A stretch of 64,000 nt of DNA from the human T2T-CHM13v2.0 reference genome, Homo sapiens. Shown in pieces: positions 28,401 to 43,400 of this stretch. The position numbers were made by a program, and so were the translations under genes. The notes below the pieces were generated by a model. It was given only the letters and a program-made list of their open reading frames with translations. It was not told the DNA's origin and searched no databases. Location of the stretch: NCBI RefSeq assembly GCF_009914755.1, contig NC_060933.1; one strand, written 5' to 3'. How positions within the stretch are numbered: position 1 is the first letter of the stretch; every line of letters starts with the position of its first letter.

Positions 28401-31400
28401 GAATTAACCCGAATAGAATGGAATGGAATGGAATGGAACGGAACGGAATGGAATGGAATGGAATGGAATGGAATGGAATGGAATGGAAACAACCCGACTG
28501 CAGGGGAATGGAATGGAATGGAATGCAATGGAATGGATTCAACTTGAATGGAATGGAAAGAATGGAATCAACACGAGTGGAATGGCATGGATTGGAATGG
28601 AATGGAATGGAATCAACCCGAGTACAGGGGAATAGAATGGAATGGAATTCAATGGAATGGAATCATCCGTAATGGAATGGAAAGGAATGGAATGGAATGG
28701 AATAGAATGAAATGGAATCAACTCGATTGCAATCGAAAGGAATGGAATGGAATTAACCCGAATAGAATGGAATGGAATGGAATGGAACGGAACGGAACGG
28801 AATGGAATGGATTGGAATGGAATGGAATGGAATGGAATGGAATGGAACGGAATGGAATGCAATGGAATGGAATGGAATCAACGCGAGTGCAGGGGAATGG
28901 AATGGAATGGAATGCAATGGAATGGAATCTTCCGGAATGGAATGGAATGGAATGGAATGGAATGGAATGGAATAAACCCGAGTGCAATGGAATGGAGTGG
29001 AATGGAATGGAATGGAATGGAACAACCCGAATGGAATGGAATGTAATGGAGAGTAAGGGAGTTGAATAGAGTCAATCCGAATGTAATGGAATGGAATGGA
29101 ACGGAATGGAATTGAATGGAATGGAATGGAATGCAATGGAATGGAATCAACCCGAGTGCAATGGAATGGAGAGGAATGGAATGGAATGGAATGGAAACTA
29201 CCCGAATGGAATGGAATGTAATGGAGTGTAAGGGAATTGAATAGAATCAATCCGAATGTAATGGAATGGAATGGAACGGAATGGAATGGAATGGAATGGA
29301 ATGGAATGCAATGGCATGGAATCAACCCGAGTGCAATCGAATGGAATCGAATGGAATGGAATGCAATGGAACGGATTCAACTTGAATGGAATGGAAAGAA
29401 TGGAATCAACACGAGTGGAAGGGCATGGATTGGAATGCAATGGAATGGAATCAACTCGAGTACAGGGGAATGGAATGGAATGGAATGCAATGGAATGGAA
29501 TCATCCGTAATGGAATGGAAAGGAATGGAATGGAATGGAATGGAATGGAAGGGAATGGAATCAACACGGTTGCAATCGAATGGAATGGAATGGAATTAAC
29601 CCGAATAGAATGGAATGGAATGGAATGGAACGGAACGGAATGGAATGGAATGGAATGGAATGGAATGGAACGGAACGGAATGGAATGGAATGGAATGGAA
29701 TGGAATGGAATCAACGCGAGTGCAGGGGAATGGAATGGAATGGAATGCAATGGAATGGAATGGAATGCAATGGAATGGAATCTTCCGTAATGGAATGGAA
29801 TGGAATGGAATGAAATGCAATGGATTCAACTCGACTGCAATGGAATGGAATAGAATGGAATGGAATGGAATGGAATGGAATTACCCCAAATAGAATGGAA
29901 TGGAATGGAACGGAATGGAATGGAACGGAATGGAACGGAATGGAATGGAGTGGAATGGTATGGAATGGAATGGAATGGTACGGAATAGAATGGAATGGAA
30001 CGAATTGTAATGGAATGGAATTGAATAGAATGGAATGGAATGGAATGGAATCAACGCGAGTGCAGGGGAATGTAATGGAACGGAATGCAATGGAATGGAA
30101 TCATCCGGAATAGAATGGAATGAAATGGAATGGAATGGAATGGAATCAACCCGAGTGCAATGGAATGGAGTGGAATGGAATGGAATGGAATGGAACAATC
30201 CGAATGGAATGGAATGTAATGGAGAGTAAGGGAGTTGAATAGAATCAATCAGAATGTAATGGAATGGAATGCAACGGAATGGAATGGAATGGAATGGAAT
30301 GCAATGGAATGGAATCAACCCGAGTACAATGGAATGGAATGGAATGGAATGGAATGGAATGGAATGGAATGCCTTCAAACCGAATGGAATGGAAAGGAAT
30401 GGAATCAACACGAGTGGAATGGAATGGAATGGAATGGAATGGAATGGAATGGAATGGAATGATACGGAATAGGATGGAATGGAACGAAATGGAATGGAAT
30501 GGAATGGAATGGAATGGAATGGAATGGAATGGAATGGAATGGAATCGTTCCGAGTGGAATAGGAGGGAATGTATTCGGGTGGAATGGAAAGGAATGGAAT
30601 CAACCAGAGTGGAATGGAAGGGAATGGAATGGAATGGAAACTAATAGAATGGAATCAACCCTAGTGGAATGGAATGGAAAGGACTGGAATGGAAAGGAAT
30701 GGAATGGAATGGAATGGAATGGAATGGAATGGAATGGAATCAACGCGAGTGCAGGAGAATGGAATGGTATGGAATGGAATGGAATGGAATGGAATGTAAT
30801 GGAATCAAACCGAGTGCAGGGGAATGTAATGGAACGGAATGCAATGGAAAGGAATCATCCGGAATGGAATGGAATGGAATGGAATGGAATCAACCCGAGT
30901 GCAATGGAATGGAGTGGAATGGAATGGAATGGAATGGAACAACCCGAATGGAATGGAATGTAATGGAGAGTAAGGGAGTTGAAAAGCATCAATCCGAATG
31001 TAATGGAATGGAATGGAACGGAATGGAATTGAATGGAATGGAATGGAATGCAATGGAATGGGATCAACCCGGGTACAATGTAATGGAATGGAATGGAATG
31101 GAATGGAACGGAATGGAATGGAATGGAATGCAATGGAATGGAATCTTCCGGAATGGAAAGGAATGGAATGGAATGGAATGGAATGGAATGCAATGGATTC
31201 AACTCGATTGCAATGGAATAGAATAGAATGGAATGGAATGGAATCGAATGGAATGGAATGGAATGGAATCAACCTGAGTGCAAAGGAATGGAGAGGAACG
31301 GAATGGAATGGAATGGAAACTACCCGAATGGAATGGAATGTAATGGAGTGTAAGGGAATTGAATAGAATCAATCCGAATGTAATGGAATGGAATGGAACG

Positions 31401-34400
31401 GAATGGAATGGAATGGAATCAACCCGAGTGCAATTGAATGGAGTGGAATGGAATAGAATGGAATGGAACAACCCGAATGGAATGGAGTGGAATGGAGACT
31501 AAGGGAGTTGAATAGAATCAATCCGAATGTAATGGAATGGAATGCAACGGAATGGAATGAAATGGAATGGAATGGAATGCAATGGAATGGAATGGAATCA
31601 ACACGAGTGCAGGGGAATGGAATGGAATGGAATGCAATGGAATGGAATCTTCCGGAATGGAATGGAATGGAATGGAATGGAATGAAATGCAATGGATTCA
31701 ACTCGATTGCAATGGAATGGAATAGAATGGAATGGAATGGAATGGAATGGAATGGAATTAACCCGAATAGAATGGAATGGAATGGAATGGAACGGAATGG
31801 AACTGAATGGAATGGAATGGAATGGAATGGAATGGAATGGTATGAAATGGAATAGAATGGTACGGAATAGAATGGAATGGAACGAATTGTAATGGAATGG
31901 AATTCAATGGAATGGAGTGGAATGGAATGGAATCAACACGAGTGCAGGGGAATGTAATGGAACGGAATGCAATGGAATGGAATCATCCGGAATGGAATGG
32001 AATGGAATGGAATGGAATGGAATCAACCCGAGTGCAATGGAATGGAGTGGAATGGAATTGAATGGAATGAAACAACCCGAATGGAATGGAATGTAATGGA
32101 GAGTGAGGGAGTTGAATAGAATCAATCCGAATGTAATGGAATGGAATGCAACGGAATGGAATGGAATGGAATGGAATGGAATGGAATGGAATGGAATGGA
32201 ATCAACTCGAGTGGAAAGCAATGGAATGGAATGGAAAGGAATGGAATGAAATCAACTCGAGTGGAATGGAATGGAATGGAATGGATTGGAATGGATTGCA
32301 ATGGAATGAAATGGAATGGAATGGAATGGAATCAATCATTCCGAGTGGAATGGAAGGGAATGTAATGGAGTGGAAAGAAGGGAATGGAATCAACCCGATT
32401 GGAATACAAGGCAATGGAATGGAATGGAAAGGAATGGAATGGAATCAACTCGATTGCAATGGAATGGAATGGAATGGAATGGAATGGAATGGAGACAACC
32501 AGAATGGATTGGAATATAATGGAGTGTAAGGGAATTGAATAGAATCAGTCTGAATGTAATGAAATGGAATGGAACGGAATGGAATGGAATGTAATGGAAT
32601 GGAATGGAATGCAATGGAATGGAATCAACCCGAGTGCAATGGAATGGAATCGAATGGAATGGAATGCAATGGAATGGATTCAACTTGAATGGAATGGAAA
32701 GAATGGAATCAACACGAGTGGAATGGCATGGATTGGAATGGAACGGAATGGAATCAACCCGAGTATAGGGGAATGGAATGGTATGGAATGCAATGGAGTG
32801 GAATCATTCGTAATGGAATGGAAAGGAATGGAATGGAATGGAATGGAATGGAATGGAATGGAATCAACTCGATTGCAATCGAATGGAATGGAATGGAATT
32901 AACCCGAATAGAATGGAATGCAATGGAATGGAACGGAACGGAATGGAATGGAATGGGATGGAATGGAATGGAACGGAAAGGAAGGGAATGGAATGGAATA
33001 GAATGGAATGGAATGGAATCAACGCGAGTGCAGGGGAATGGAATGGAATGGAATGCAATGGAATGGAATCTTCCGGAATGGAATGGAATGGAATGGAATG
33101 GAATCAACCCGAGTGCAATGGAATGGAGTGGAATGGAATGGAATGGAATGGAATGGAATGGAATGGAATGGAATGATATGGAATAGAATGGAATGGAACG
33201 AAATGGAATGGAATGGAATGGAATGGAATGGAATGGAATGGAATGGAATGGAATCGTTCCGAGTGGAATAGGAGGGAATGTATTTGAGTGGAATGGAAAG
33301 GAATGGAATCAACCAGAGTGGAATGGAAGGGAATGGAATGGAATGGAATGGAATGGAATGGAATGCAATGGAATGGAATCAAACCGAGTGCAATCGAATG
33401 GAATCGAATGGAACGGAATGCAATGGAATGGATTCAACTTGAATGGAATGGAAAGAATGGAAGCAACACGAGTGGAATGGCATGGATTGGAATGGAATGG
33501 AATGGAATCAACCCGATTACAGGGGAATGGAATGGAATGGAATGCAATGGAATGGAGTCATCAGTAATGGAATGGAAAGGAATGGAAAGGACTGGAATGG
33601 AATGGAATGGAATGGAATCAACTCGATTGCAATCGAATGGAATGGAATGGAATTAACCCGAATAGAATGGAATGGAATGGAATGGAACGGAACGGAACGG
33701 AATGGAATGGAATGGAATGGAATGGAACGGAACGGAACGGAGTGGAATGGAACGGAATGGAATGGAATGGAATCAACGCGAGTGCAGGGGAATGGAATGG
33801 AATGGAATGCAATGGAATGGAATCTTCCGGAATGGAATGGAATGGAATGGAATGGAAGGAAATGCAATGGATTCAACTCGATTGCAATGGAATGGAATAG
33901 AATGGAATGGAATGGAATGGAATGGAATTAATCCGAATAGAATGGAATGGAATGGAATGGAACGGAATGGAACGGAATGGAATGGAATATAATGGAATGG
34001 AATGGTATGGAATGGAATGGAATGGTACGGAATAGAATGGAATGGAACGAATTGTAATGGAATGGAATTGAATGGAATGGAATGGAATGGAATAGAATCA
34101 ACGCGAGTGCAGGGGAATATAATGGAACGGAATGCAATGTAATGGAATCATCCGGAATGGAATGGAATGGAATGGAATGGAATGGAATGGAATCAACCCG
34201 AGTGCAATGGAATGCAGTAGAATGGAATGGAATGGAATGGAATGGAACAACCCGAATGGAATGGAATGGAATGCAGAGTAAGGGAGTTGAATAGAATCAA
34301 TCCGAATGTAATGGAATGGAATACAACGGAATGGAATGGAATGGAATGGAATGGAATGGAATGGAATGGAATGGAATGCAATGGAATTGAATCAACCCGA

Positions 34401-37400
34401 GTACAATGGAACGGAATGGAATGGAATGGAATGCAATGGAATGGAATGGAATGATTCGGAATAGAATGGAATGGAACGAAATGGAATGGAATGGAATGGA
34501 ATGGAATGGAATGGAATGGAATCGTTCCGAGTGGAATAGGAGGGAATGTATTCGAGTGGAATGGAAAGGAATGGTATCAACCAGAGTGGAATGGAAGGGA
34601 ATGGAATGGAATGGAAACTAATAGAATGGAATCAACCTGAGTGGAAGGCAATGGAAAGGACTGGAATGGAATGGAATGGAATGGAATCAACTCGAATGTA
34701 ATGGAATGGAATGGAATGGAATGGAATGGAATTAACCCGAATACAATGGAATGGAATGGAACGGAACGGAATGGAGTGGAATGGAATGGAATCAACCCGA
34801 GTGCAGGGGAATGGAATGGAATGGAATGCAATGGAATGGAATCATCCGGAATGGAATGGAATGGAATGGAATGCAAAGCAATGGAATCAACTCGATTGCA
34901 ATGGAATTGAATGGAATGGAAAGGAATACATTGGAATCAACCCGAGTGTAATGGAATGGAAAGGACTGGAATGGAGTGGAATGGAATGGAATGCAATGGA
35001 ATGGAATGGAATCAACTCGATTGAAATGGAATGGAATGGAATGGAATGGAATTAACCCGAATAGAATGGAATGGAATGGAATGGAACGGAAAGGAATGGA
35101 ATGGAATGGAATGGAATGGAACGGAATGGAATGGAATCAACCCGACTGCAGGGGAATGGAATGGAATGGAATGCAATGGAATGGATTCAACTTGAATGGA
35201 ATGGAAAGAATGGAATCAACACGAGTGGAATGGCATGGATTGGAATGGAATGGAATGGAATCAACCCGAGTACAGGGGAATGGAATGGAATGGAACGCAA
35301 TGGAATGGAATCATCCGTAAAGGAATGGAATGGAAAGGAATGGAATGGAATGGAATGGAATGGAATAGAATGGAATGGAATCAACTCGATTGCAATCGAA
35401 TGGAATGGAATGGAATTAACCCGAATAGAATGGAATGGAACGGAATGGAGTGGAATGGAATGGAATCAACCCTAGTGCAGGGGAATGGAATGGAATGGAA
35501 TGCAATGGAATGGAATCATCCGGAATGGAATGGAATGGAATGGAATGCAAAGCAATGGAATAAACTCGATTGCAATGGAATGGAATGGAATGGAAAGGAA
35601 TACATTGGAATCAACCCGAGTGGAATGGAATGGAAAGGACTGGAATGGAGTGGAATGGAATGGAATGGAATGGAATGGAATCAACTCGATTGGAATGGAA
35701 TGGAATGGAATGGAATGCAATTAACCCGAATAGAATGGAATGGAATGGAATGGAACGGAACGGAATGGAATGGAATGGAATGGAATGGAATGGAATGGAA
35801 TGGAATCAACCCGACTGCAGGGGAATGGAATGGAATGCAATGCAATGGAATGGATTCAACTTGAATGTAATGGAAAGAATGGAATCAACACGAATGGAAT
35901 GGCATGGATTGGAATGGAATGGAATGGAATCAACCCGAGTACAGGGGAATGGAATGGAATGGAATGCAATGGAATGGAATCATCCGTAATGGAATGGAAA
36001 GAAATGGAATGGAATGGAATGGAATGGAATAGAATGGAATGGAATCAACTCGATTGCAATCGAACGGAATGGAATGGAATTAACCCGAATAGAATGGAAT
36101 GGAATGGAATGGAACGGAAAGCAATGGAATGGAATGGAATGGAATGGAATGGAATGGAATGGAACGGAACGGAATGGAATGGAATGGAATGGAATGGAAC
36201 GGAATGGAATCAAAGCGAGTGCAGGGGAATGGAATGGATTGGAATGCAATGGAATGGAATCTTCCAGAATGGAATGGAATGGAATGGAATGGAATGAAAT
36301 GCAATGGATTCAACTCGATTGCAATGGAATGGAATAGAATGGAATGGAATGGAATGGAATGGAATTAATCCGAATAGAATGGAATGGAATGGAATGGAAC
36401 GGAATGGAACGGAATGGAATGGAATGGAATGGAATGGAATGGTATGGAATGGAATGGAATGGTACGGAATAGAATGGAATGGAACGAATTGTAATGGAAT
36501 GGAATTGAATGGAATGGAATGGAATGGAATGGAATCAACGCGAGTGCAGGGGAATGTAATGGAACGGAATGCAATGGAATGGAATCATCCGGAATGGAAT
36601 GGAATGGAATGGAATGGAATGGAATGGAATCAACCCGAGTGCAATGGAATGGAGTGGAATGGAATGGAATGGAATGGAACAACCCGAATGGAATGGAATG
36701 TAATGGAGAGTAAGGGAGTTGAATAGAATCAATCCGAATGTAATAGAATGGAATGCAACGGAATGGAATGGAATGGAATGGAATGGAATGGAATGGAATG
36801 CAATGGAATTGAATCAACCTGAGTACAATGGAATGGAATGGAATGGAATGGAATGGAATGGAATGGAATGGAATGATACGGTATAGAATGGAATGGAACG
36901 AAATGGAATGGAATGGAATGGAATGGAATGGAATGGAATGGAATGGAATGGAATGGAATGGAATGGAATCGTTCCGAGTGGAATAGGAGGGAATGTATTC
37001 GAGTGGAATGGAAAGGAATGGTATCAACCAGAGTGGAATGGAAGGGAATGGAATGGAATGGAAATTAATAGAATGGAATCAACCCGAGTGGAATGGAATG
37101 GAAAGGACTGGAATGGAATGGAATGGAATGGAATCAACTCGATTGTAATGGAATGGAATGGAATGGAATGGAATGGAATTAACCCGAATACAATGGAATG
37201 GAATGGAATGGAACGGAATGGAATGGAATGGAATGGAATCAACACGAGTGCAGGGGAATGGAATGGAATGGAATGCAATGGAATGGAATCATCCGGAATG
37301 GAATGGAATGGAATGGAATGCAAAGCAATGGAATCAACTCGATTGCAATGGAATGGAATGGAATGGAAAGGAATACATTGGAATCAACCCGAGTGGAATG

Positions 37401-40400
37401 GAATGGAAAGGACTGGAATGGAGTGGAATGGAATGGAATGGAATGGAATCAACTCGATTGGAATGGAATGGAATGGAATGGAATGGAATTAACCCGAATA
37501 GAATGGAATGGAATGGAATGGAACGGAACGGAACGGAACGGAATGGAATGGAATGGAATGGAATGGAATGGAATGGAATGGAATGGAATCAACCCGACTG
37601 CAGGGGAATGGAATGGAATGGAATGCAATGGAATGGATTCAACTTAAATGGAATGGAAAGAATGGAATCAACACGAGTGGAATGGCATGGATTGGAATGG
37701 AATGGAATGGAATCAACCCGAGTACAGGGGAATGGAATGGAATGGAATGCAATGGAATGGAATCATCCGTAATGGAATGGAAAGGAATGGAATGGAATGG
37801 AATGGAATGGAATGGAATGGAATGGAATCAACTCGATTGCAATCGAATGGAATGGAATGGAATTAACCCGAATAGAATGGAATGGAATGGAATGGAACGG
37901 AACGGAACGGAATGGAATGGATTGGAATGGAATGGAATGGAATGGAATGGAACGGAAAGGAATGCAATGGAATGGAATGGAATGGAATGGAATGGAATGG
38001 AATGGAATAAACCCGAGTGCAATGGAATGGAGTGGAATGGAATGGAATGGAATGGAACAACCCGAATGGAATGGAATGTAATGGAGAGTAAGGGAGTTGA
38101 ATAGAATCAATCCGAATGTAATGGAATGGAATGGAACGGAATGGAATTGAATGGAATGGAATGGAATGCAATGGAATGGAATCAACCCGAGTGCAATGGA
38201 ATGGAGAGGAATGGAATGGAATGGAATGGAAACTACCCGAATGGAATGGAATGTAATGGATTGTAAGGGAATTGAATAGAATCAATCCGAATGTAATGGA
38301 ATGGAATGGAACGGAATGGAATGGAATGGAATGGAATGGAATGGAATGGAATGGAATGCAATGCAACGGAATGGAATCAACCCGAGTGCAATCGAATGGA
38401 ATCGAATGGAATGGAATGCAATGGAATGGATTCAACTTGAATGCAATGGAAAGAATGGAATCAACACGAGTGGAAGGGCATGGATTGGAATGCAATGGAA
38501 TGGAATCAACCCGAGTACAGGGGAATGGAATGGAATGGAATGCAATGGAATGGGAACATCCGGAAGGGAATGGAAAGGAATGGAATGGAATGGAATGGAA
38601 TGGAATGGAATGGAATCAACTTGATTGCAATCGAATGGAATGGAATGGAATTAACCCGAATAGAATGGAATGGAATGGAATGGAACGGAACGGAATGGAA
38701 TGGAATGGAATGGAATGGAATGGAACGAAACGGAACGGAATGGATGGAATGGAATGGAATGGAATGGAATGGAATCAACGCGAGTGCAGGGGAATGGAAT
38801 GGAATGGAATGCAATGGAATGGAATCTTCCGGAATGGAATGGAATGGAATGAAATGCAATGGATTCAACTCGAATGCAATGGAATGGAACAGAATGGAAT
38901 GGAATGGAATGGAATGGAATGGAATTAACCCGAATAGAATGGAATGGAATGGAATGGAACAGAGTGGAACGGAATGGAACGGAATGGAATGGAATGGAAT
39001 GGTATGGAATGGAATCGAATGGTACGGTATAGAATGGAATGGAACGAATTGTAATGGAATGGAATTGAATGGAATGGAATGGAATAGAATGGAATCAACC
39101 CGAGCGCAATGGAATGGAGTGGAATGGATTGGAATGGAATGGAACAACCCGAATGGAATGTAATGTAATGGAGAGTAAGGGAGTTGAATAGAATCAATCC
39201 GAATGTAATGGAATGGAACGGAATGGAATGGAATGGAATGGAATGGAATGGAATGGAATGGAATGCAATGGAATGGAATCAACCCGAGTACAATGGAACG
39301 GAATGGAATGGAATGTAATGGAATGGAATGGAATGGAATGGAATGGAATGGAATCAACCCGAGTGCAATGGAATGGAGAGGAATGGAATGGAATGGAAAG
39401 GAAACTACCCGAATGGAATGGAATGTAATGGAGTGTAAGGGAATTGAATAGAATCAATCCGAATGGAATGGAATAGAATGGAAGGGAATGTAATGGAATG
39501 GAATGGAATGGAATCAACCCGAGTGCAGGGGAATGGAATGGAATGGAATGCAATGGAATGGAATCATCCGGAATGGAACGGAATGGAATGTAATGGAATG
39601 GAATGGAATCAACCCGAGTGCAATGGAATGGAGTGAAATGGAATGGAATGGAATGGAGACAACCAGAATGGATTGGAATATAATGGAGTGTAAGGGAATT
39701 GAATAGAATCAATCTGAATGTAATGAAATGGAATGGAACGGAATGGAATGGAATGGAACGGAATGGAATGGAATGCAATGGAATGGAATCAACCCGAGTG
39801 CAATCGAATGGAATCGAATGGAATGGAATGCAATGGAATGGATTCAACTTGAATGGAATGGAAAGAATGGAATCAACACTAGTGGAATGGCATGGATTGG
39901 AATGGAATGGAATGGAATCAACCCGAGTATAGGGGAATGGAATGGAATGGAATGCAATGGAATGGAATCATCCATAATGGAATGGAAAGGAATGGAATGG
40001 AATGGAATGGAATGGAATGGAATGGAATGGAATCAACTCGATTGCAATCGAATGGAATGGAATGGAATTAACCCGAAAAGAATGGAATGGAATGGAATGG
40101 AACGGAATGGAATGGAATGGAATGGAATGGAATGGAATGGAACGGAAAGGAAGGGAATGGAATGGAATAGAATGGAATGGAATGGAATCAACGCGAGTGC
40201 AGGGGAATGGAATGGAATGGAATGCAATGGAATGGAATCTTCCGGAATGGAATGGAATGGAATGGAATGGAATGGAATGGAATCAACCCGAGTGCAATGG
40301 AATGGAGTGGAATGGAATGGAATGGAATGGAACAACCCGAATGGAATGGAATGTAATGGAGAGTAAGGGAGTTGAATAGAATCAATCCGAATGTAATGGA

Positions 40401-43400
40401 ATGGAATGGAACGGAATGGAATTGAATGGAATGGATTGGAATGCAATGGAATGGAATCAACCCGAGTGCAATGGAATGGAGAGGAATGGAATGGAATGGA
40501 ATGGAAACTACCCGAATGGAATGGAATGTAATGGAGTGTAAGGGAATTGAATAGAATCAATCCGAATGTAATGGAATGGAATGGAACGGAATGTAATGGA
40601 ATGGAATGGAATGGAATGGAATGCAATGGAATGGAATCAACCCGAGTGCAATCGAATGGAATCGAATGGAATGGAATGCAATGGAATGGATTCAACTTGA
40701 ATGGAATGGAAAGAATGGAATCAACACGAGTGGAATGGCATGGCTTGGAATGGAATGGAATGGAATCAACCCGAGTACAGGGGAATGGAATGGAATGGAA
40801 TGCAATGGAATGGAATCATCCATAATGGAATGGAAAGGAATGGAATGGAATGGAATGGAATGGAATGGAATGGAATGGAATCAACTCGATTGCAATCGAA
40901 TGGAATGGAATGGAATTAACCCGAATAGAATGGAATGGAATGGAATGGAAAGGAACGGAATGGAATGGAATGGAATGGAATGGAATGGAATGGAACGGAA
41001 CGGAATGGAATGGAATGGAATGGAATGGAATGGAATCAACGCGAGTGCAGGGGAATGGAATGGAATGGAATGCAATGAAATGGAATCATCCGGAATGGAA
41101 TGGAATGGAATGGAATGGAATTGAATGGAATGGAATCAACCCGAGTGCAATGGAATGGAGTGGAATGGAATGGAATGGAATGGAACAACCCGAATGGAAT
41201 GGAATGTAATGGAGAGTAAGGGAGTTGAATAGAATCAATCCGAATGTAATGGAATGGAATGCAACGGAATGGAATGTAATGGAATGGAATGGAATGCAAT
41301 GGAATGCAATCAACCCGAGTACAATGGAATGGAATGGAATGGAATGGAATGGAACGGAATGGAACCGAATGGAATGGAATGGAATGGAATGGAATGGAAT
41401 GGTATGGAGTGGAATGGAATGGTACGGAATAGAATGGAATGGAACGAACTGTAATGGAATGGGATTGAATGGAATGGAATGGAATGGAATGATACGGAAT
41501 AGAATGGAATGGAACGAAATGGAATGGAATGGAATGGAATGGATTGGAATGGAATGGAATGGAATCGTTCCGAGTGGAATAGGAGGGAATGTATTCGAGT
41601 GGAATGGAAAGGAATGGAATCAACCAGAGTGGAATGGAAGGGAATGGAATGGAATGGAAACTAATAGAATGGAATCAACCCGAGTGGAATGGAATGGAAA
41701 GGACTGGAATGGAATGGAATGGAATGGAATCAACTCGATTGTAATGGAATGGAATGGAATGGAATGGAATGGAATGAAATTAACCCGAATACAATGGAAT
41801 GGAATGGAACGGAATGGAGTGGATTGGAATGGAATCAACCCGAGTGCAGGGGATTAGAATGGTATGGAATGCAACGGAATGGAATCATCCGGAATGGAAT
41901 GGAATGCAAAGCAATGGAATCAACTCGATTGCAATGGAATGGAATGGAATGGAAAGGAATACATTGGAATCAACCCGAGTGGAATGGAATGGAAAGGAGT
42001 GGAATGGAGTGGAATGGAATGGAATGGAATCAACTCGATTGGAATGGAATGGAATGTAATGGAATTGAATGGAATTAACCCGAAGAGAATGGAGTGGAAT
42101 GAAATGTAACGGAACGGAATGGAATGGAATGGAATGGAATGGAATGGAATGGAATGGAATCAACCCGACTGCAGGGGAATGGAATGGAATGGAATGCAAT
42201 GGAATGGATTCAACTTGAATGGAATGGAAAGAATGGAATCAACACGAGTGGAATGGCATGGATTGGAATGGAATGGAATGGAATCAACCCGAGTACAGGG
42301 GAATGGAATGGAATGGAATGCAATGGAATGGAATCATTCGTAATGGAATGGAAAGGAATATAATGGAATGGAATGGAATGGAATGGAATGGAATCAACTC
42401 GATTGCAATCGAATGGAATGGAATGGAATTAAACCGAATAGAATGGAATGGATTGGAATGGAATGGAACGGAACGGAATGGAATGGAATGGAATGGATTG
42501 GAACGGAAAGGAATTGAATGGAATGGAATGGAATGGAATGGAATCAACGCGAGTGCAGGGGAATGTAATGGAACGGAATGCAATGGAATGGAATCATCCG
42601 GAATGGAATGGAATGGAATGGAATGGAATGGAATGGAATGGAATCAACCCGAGTGCAATGGAATGGAGTGGAATGGAATGGAATGGAATGGAACAACCCG
42701 AATGGAATGGAATGTAATGGAGAGTAAGGGAGTTGAATAGAATCAATCCGAATGTAATAGAATGGAATGCAACGGAATGGAATGGAATGGAATGGAATGG
42801 AATGGAATGGAATGGAATGCAATGGAATTGAATCAACCTGAGTACAATGGAATGGAATGGAATGGAATGGAATGGAATGGAATGGAATGGAATGATACGG
42901 AATAGAATGGAATGGAACGAAATGGAATGGAATGGAATGGAATGGAATGGAATGGAATGGAATGGAATGGAATGGAATCGTTCCGAGTGGAATAGGAGGG
43001 AATGTATTCGAGTGGAATGGAAAGGAATGGTATCAACCAGAGTGGAATGGAAGGGAATGGAATGGAATGGAAATTAATAGAATGGAATCAACCCGAGTGG
43101 AATGGAATGGAAAGGACTGGAATGGAATGGAATGGAATGGAATCAACTCGATTGTAATGGAATGGAATGGAATGGAATGGAATGGAATTAACCCGAATAC
43201 AATGGAATGGAATGGAATGGAACGGAATGGAATGGAATGGAATGGAATCAACCCGAGTGCAGGGGAATGGAATGGAATGGAATGCAATGGAATGGAATCA
43301 TCCGGAATGGAATGGAATGGAATGGAATGCAAAGCAATGGAATCAACTCGATTGCAATGGAATGGAATGGAATGGAAAGGAATACATTGGAATCAACCCG

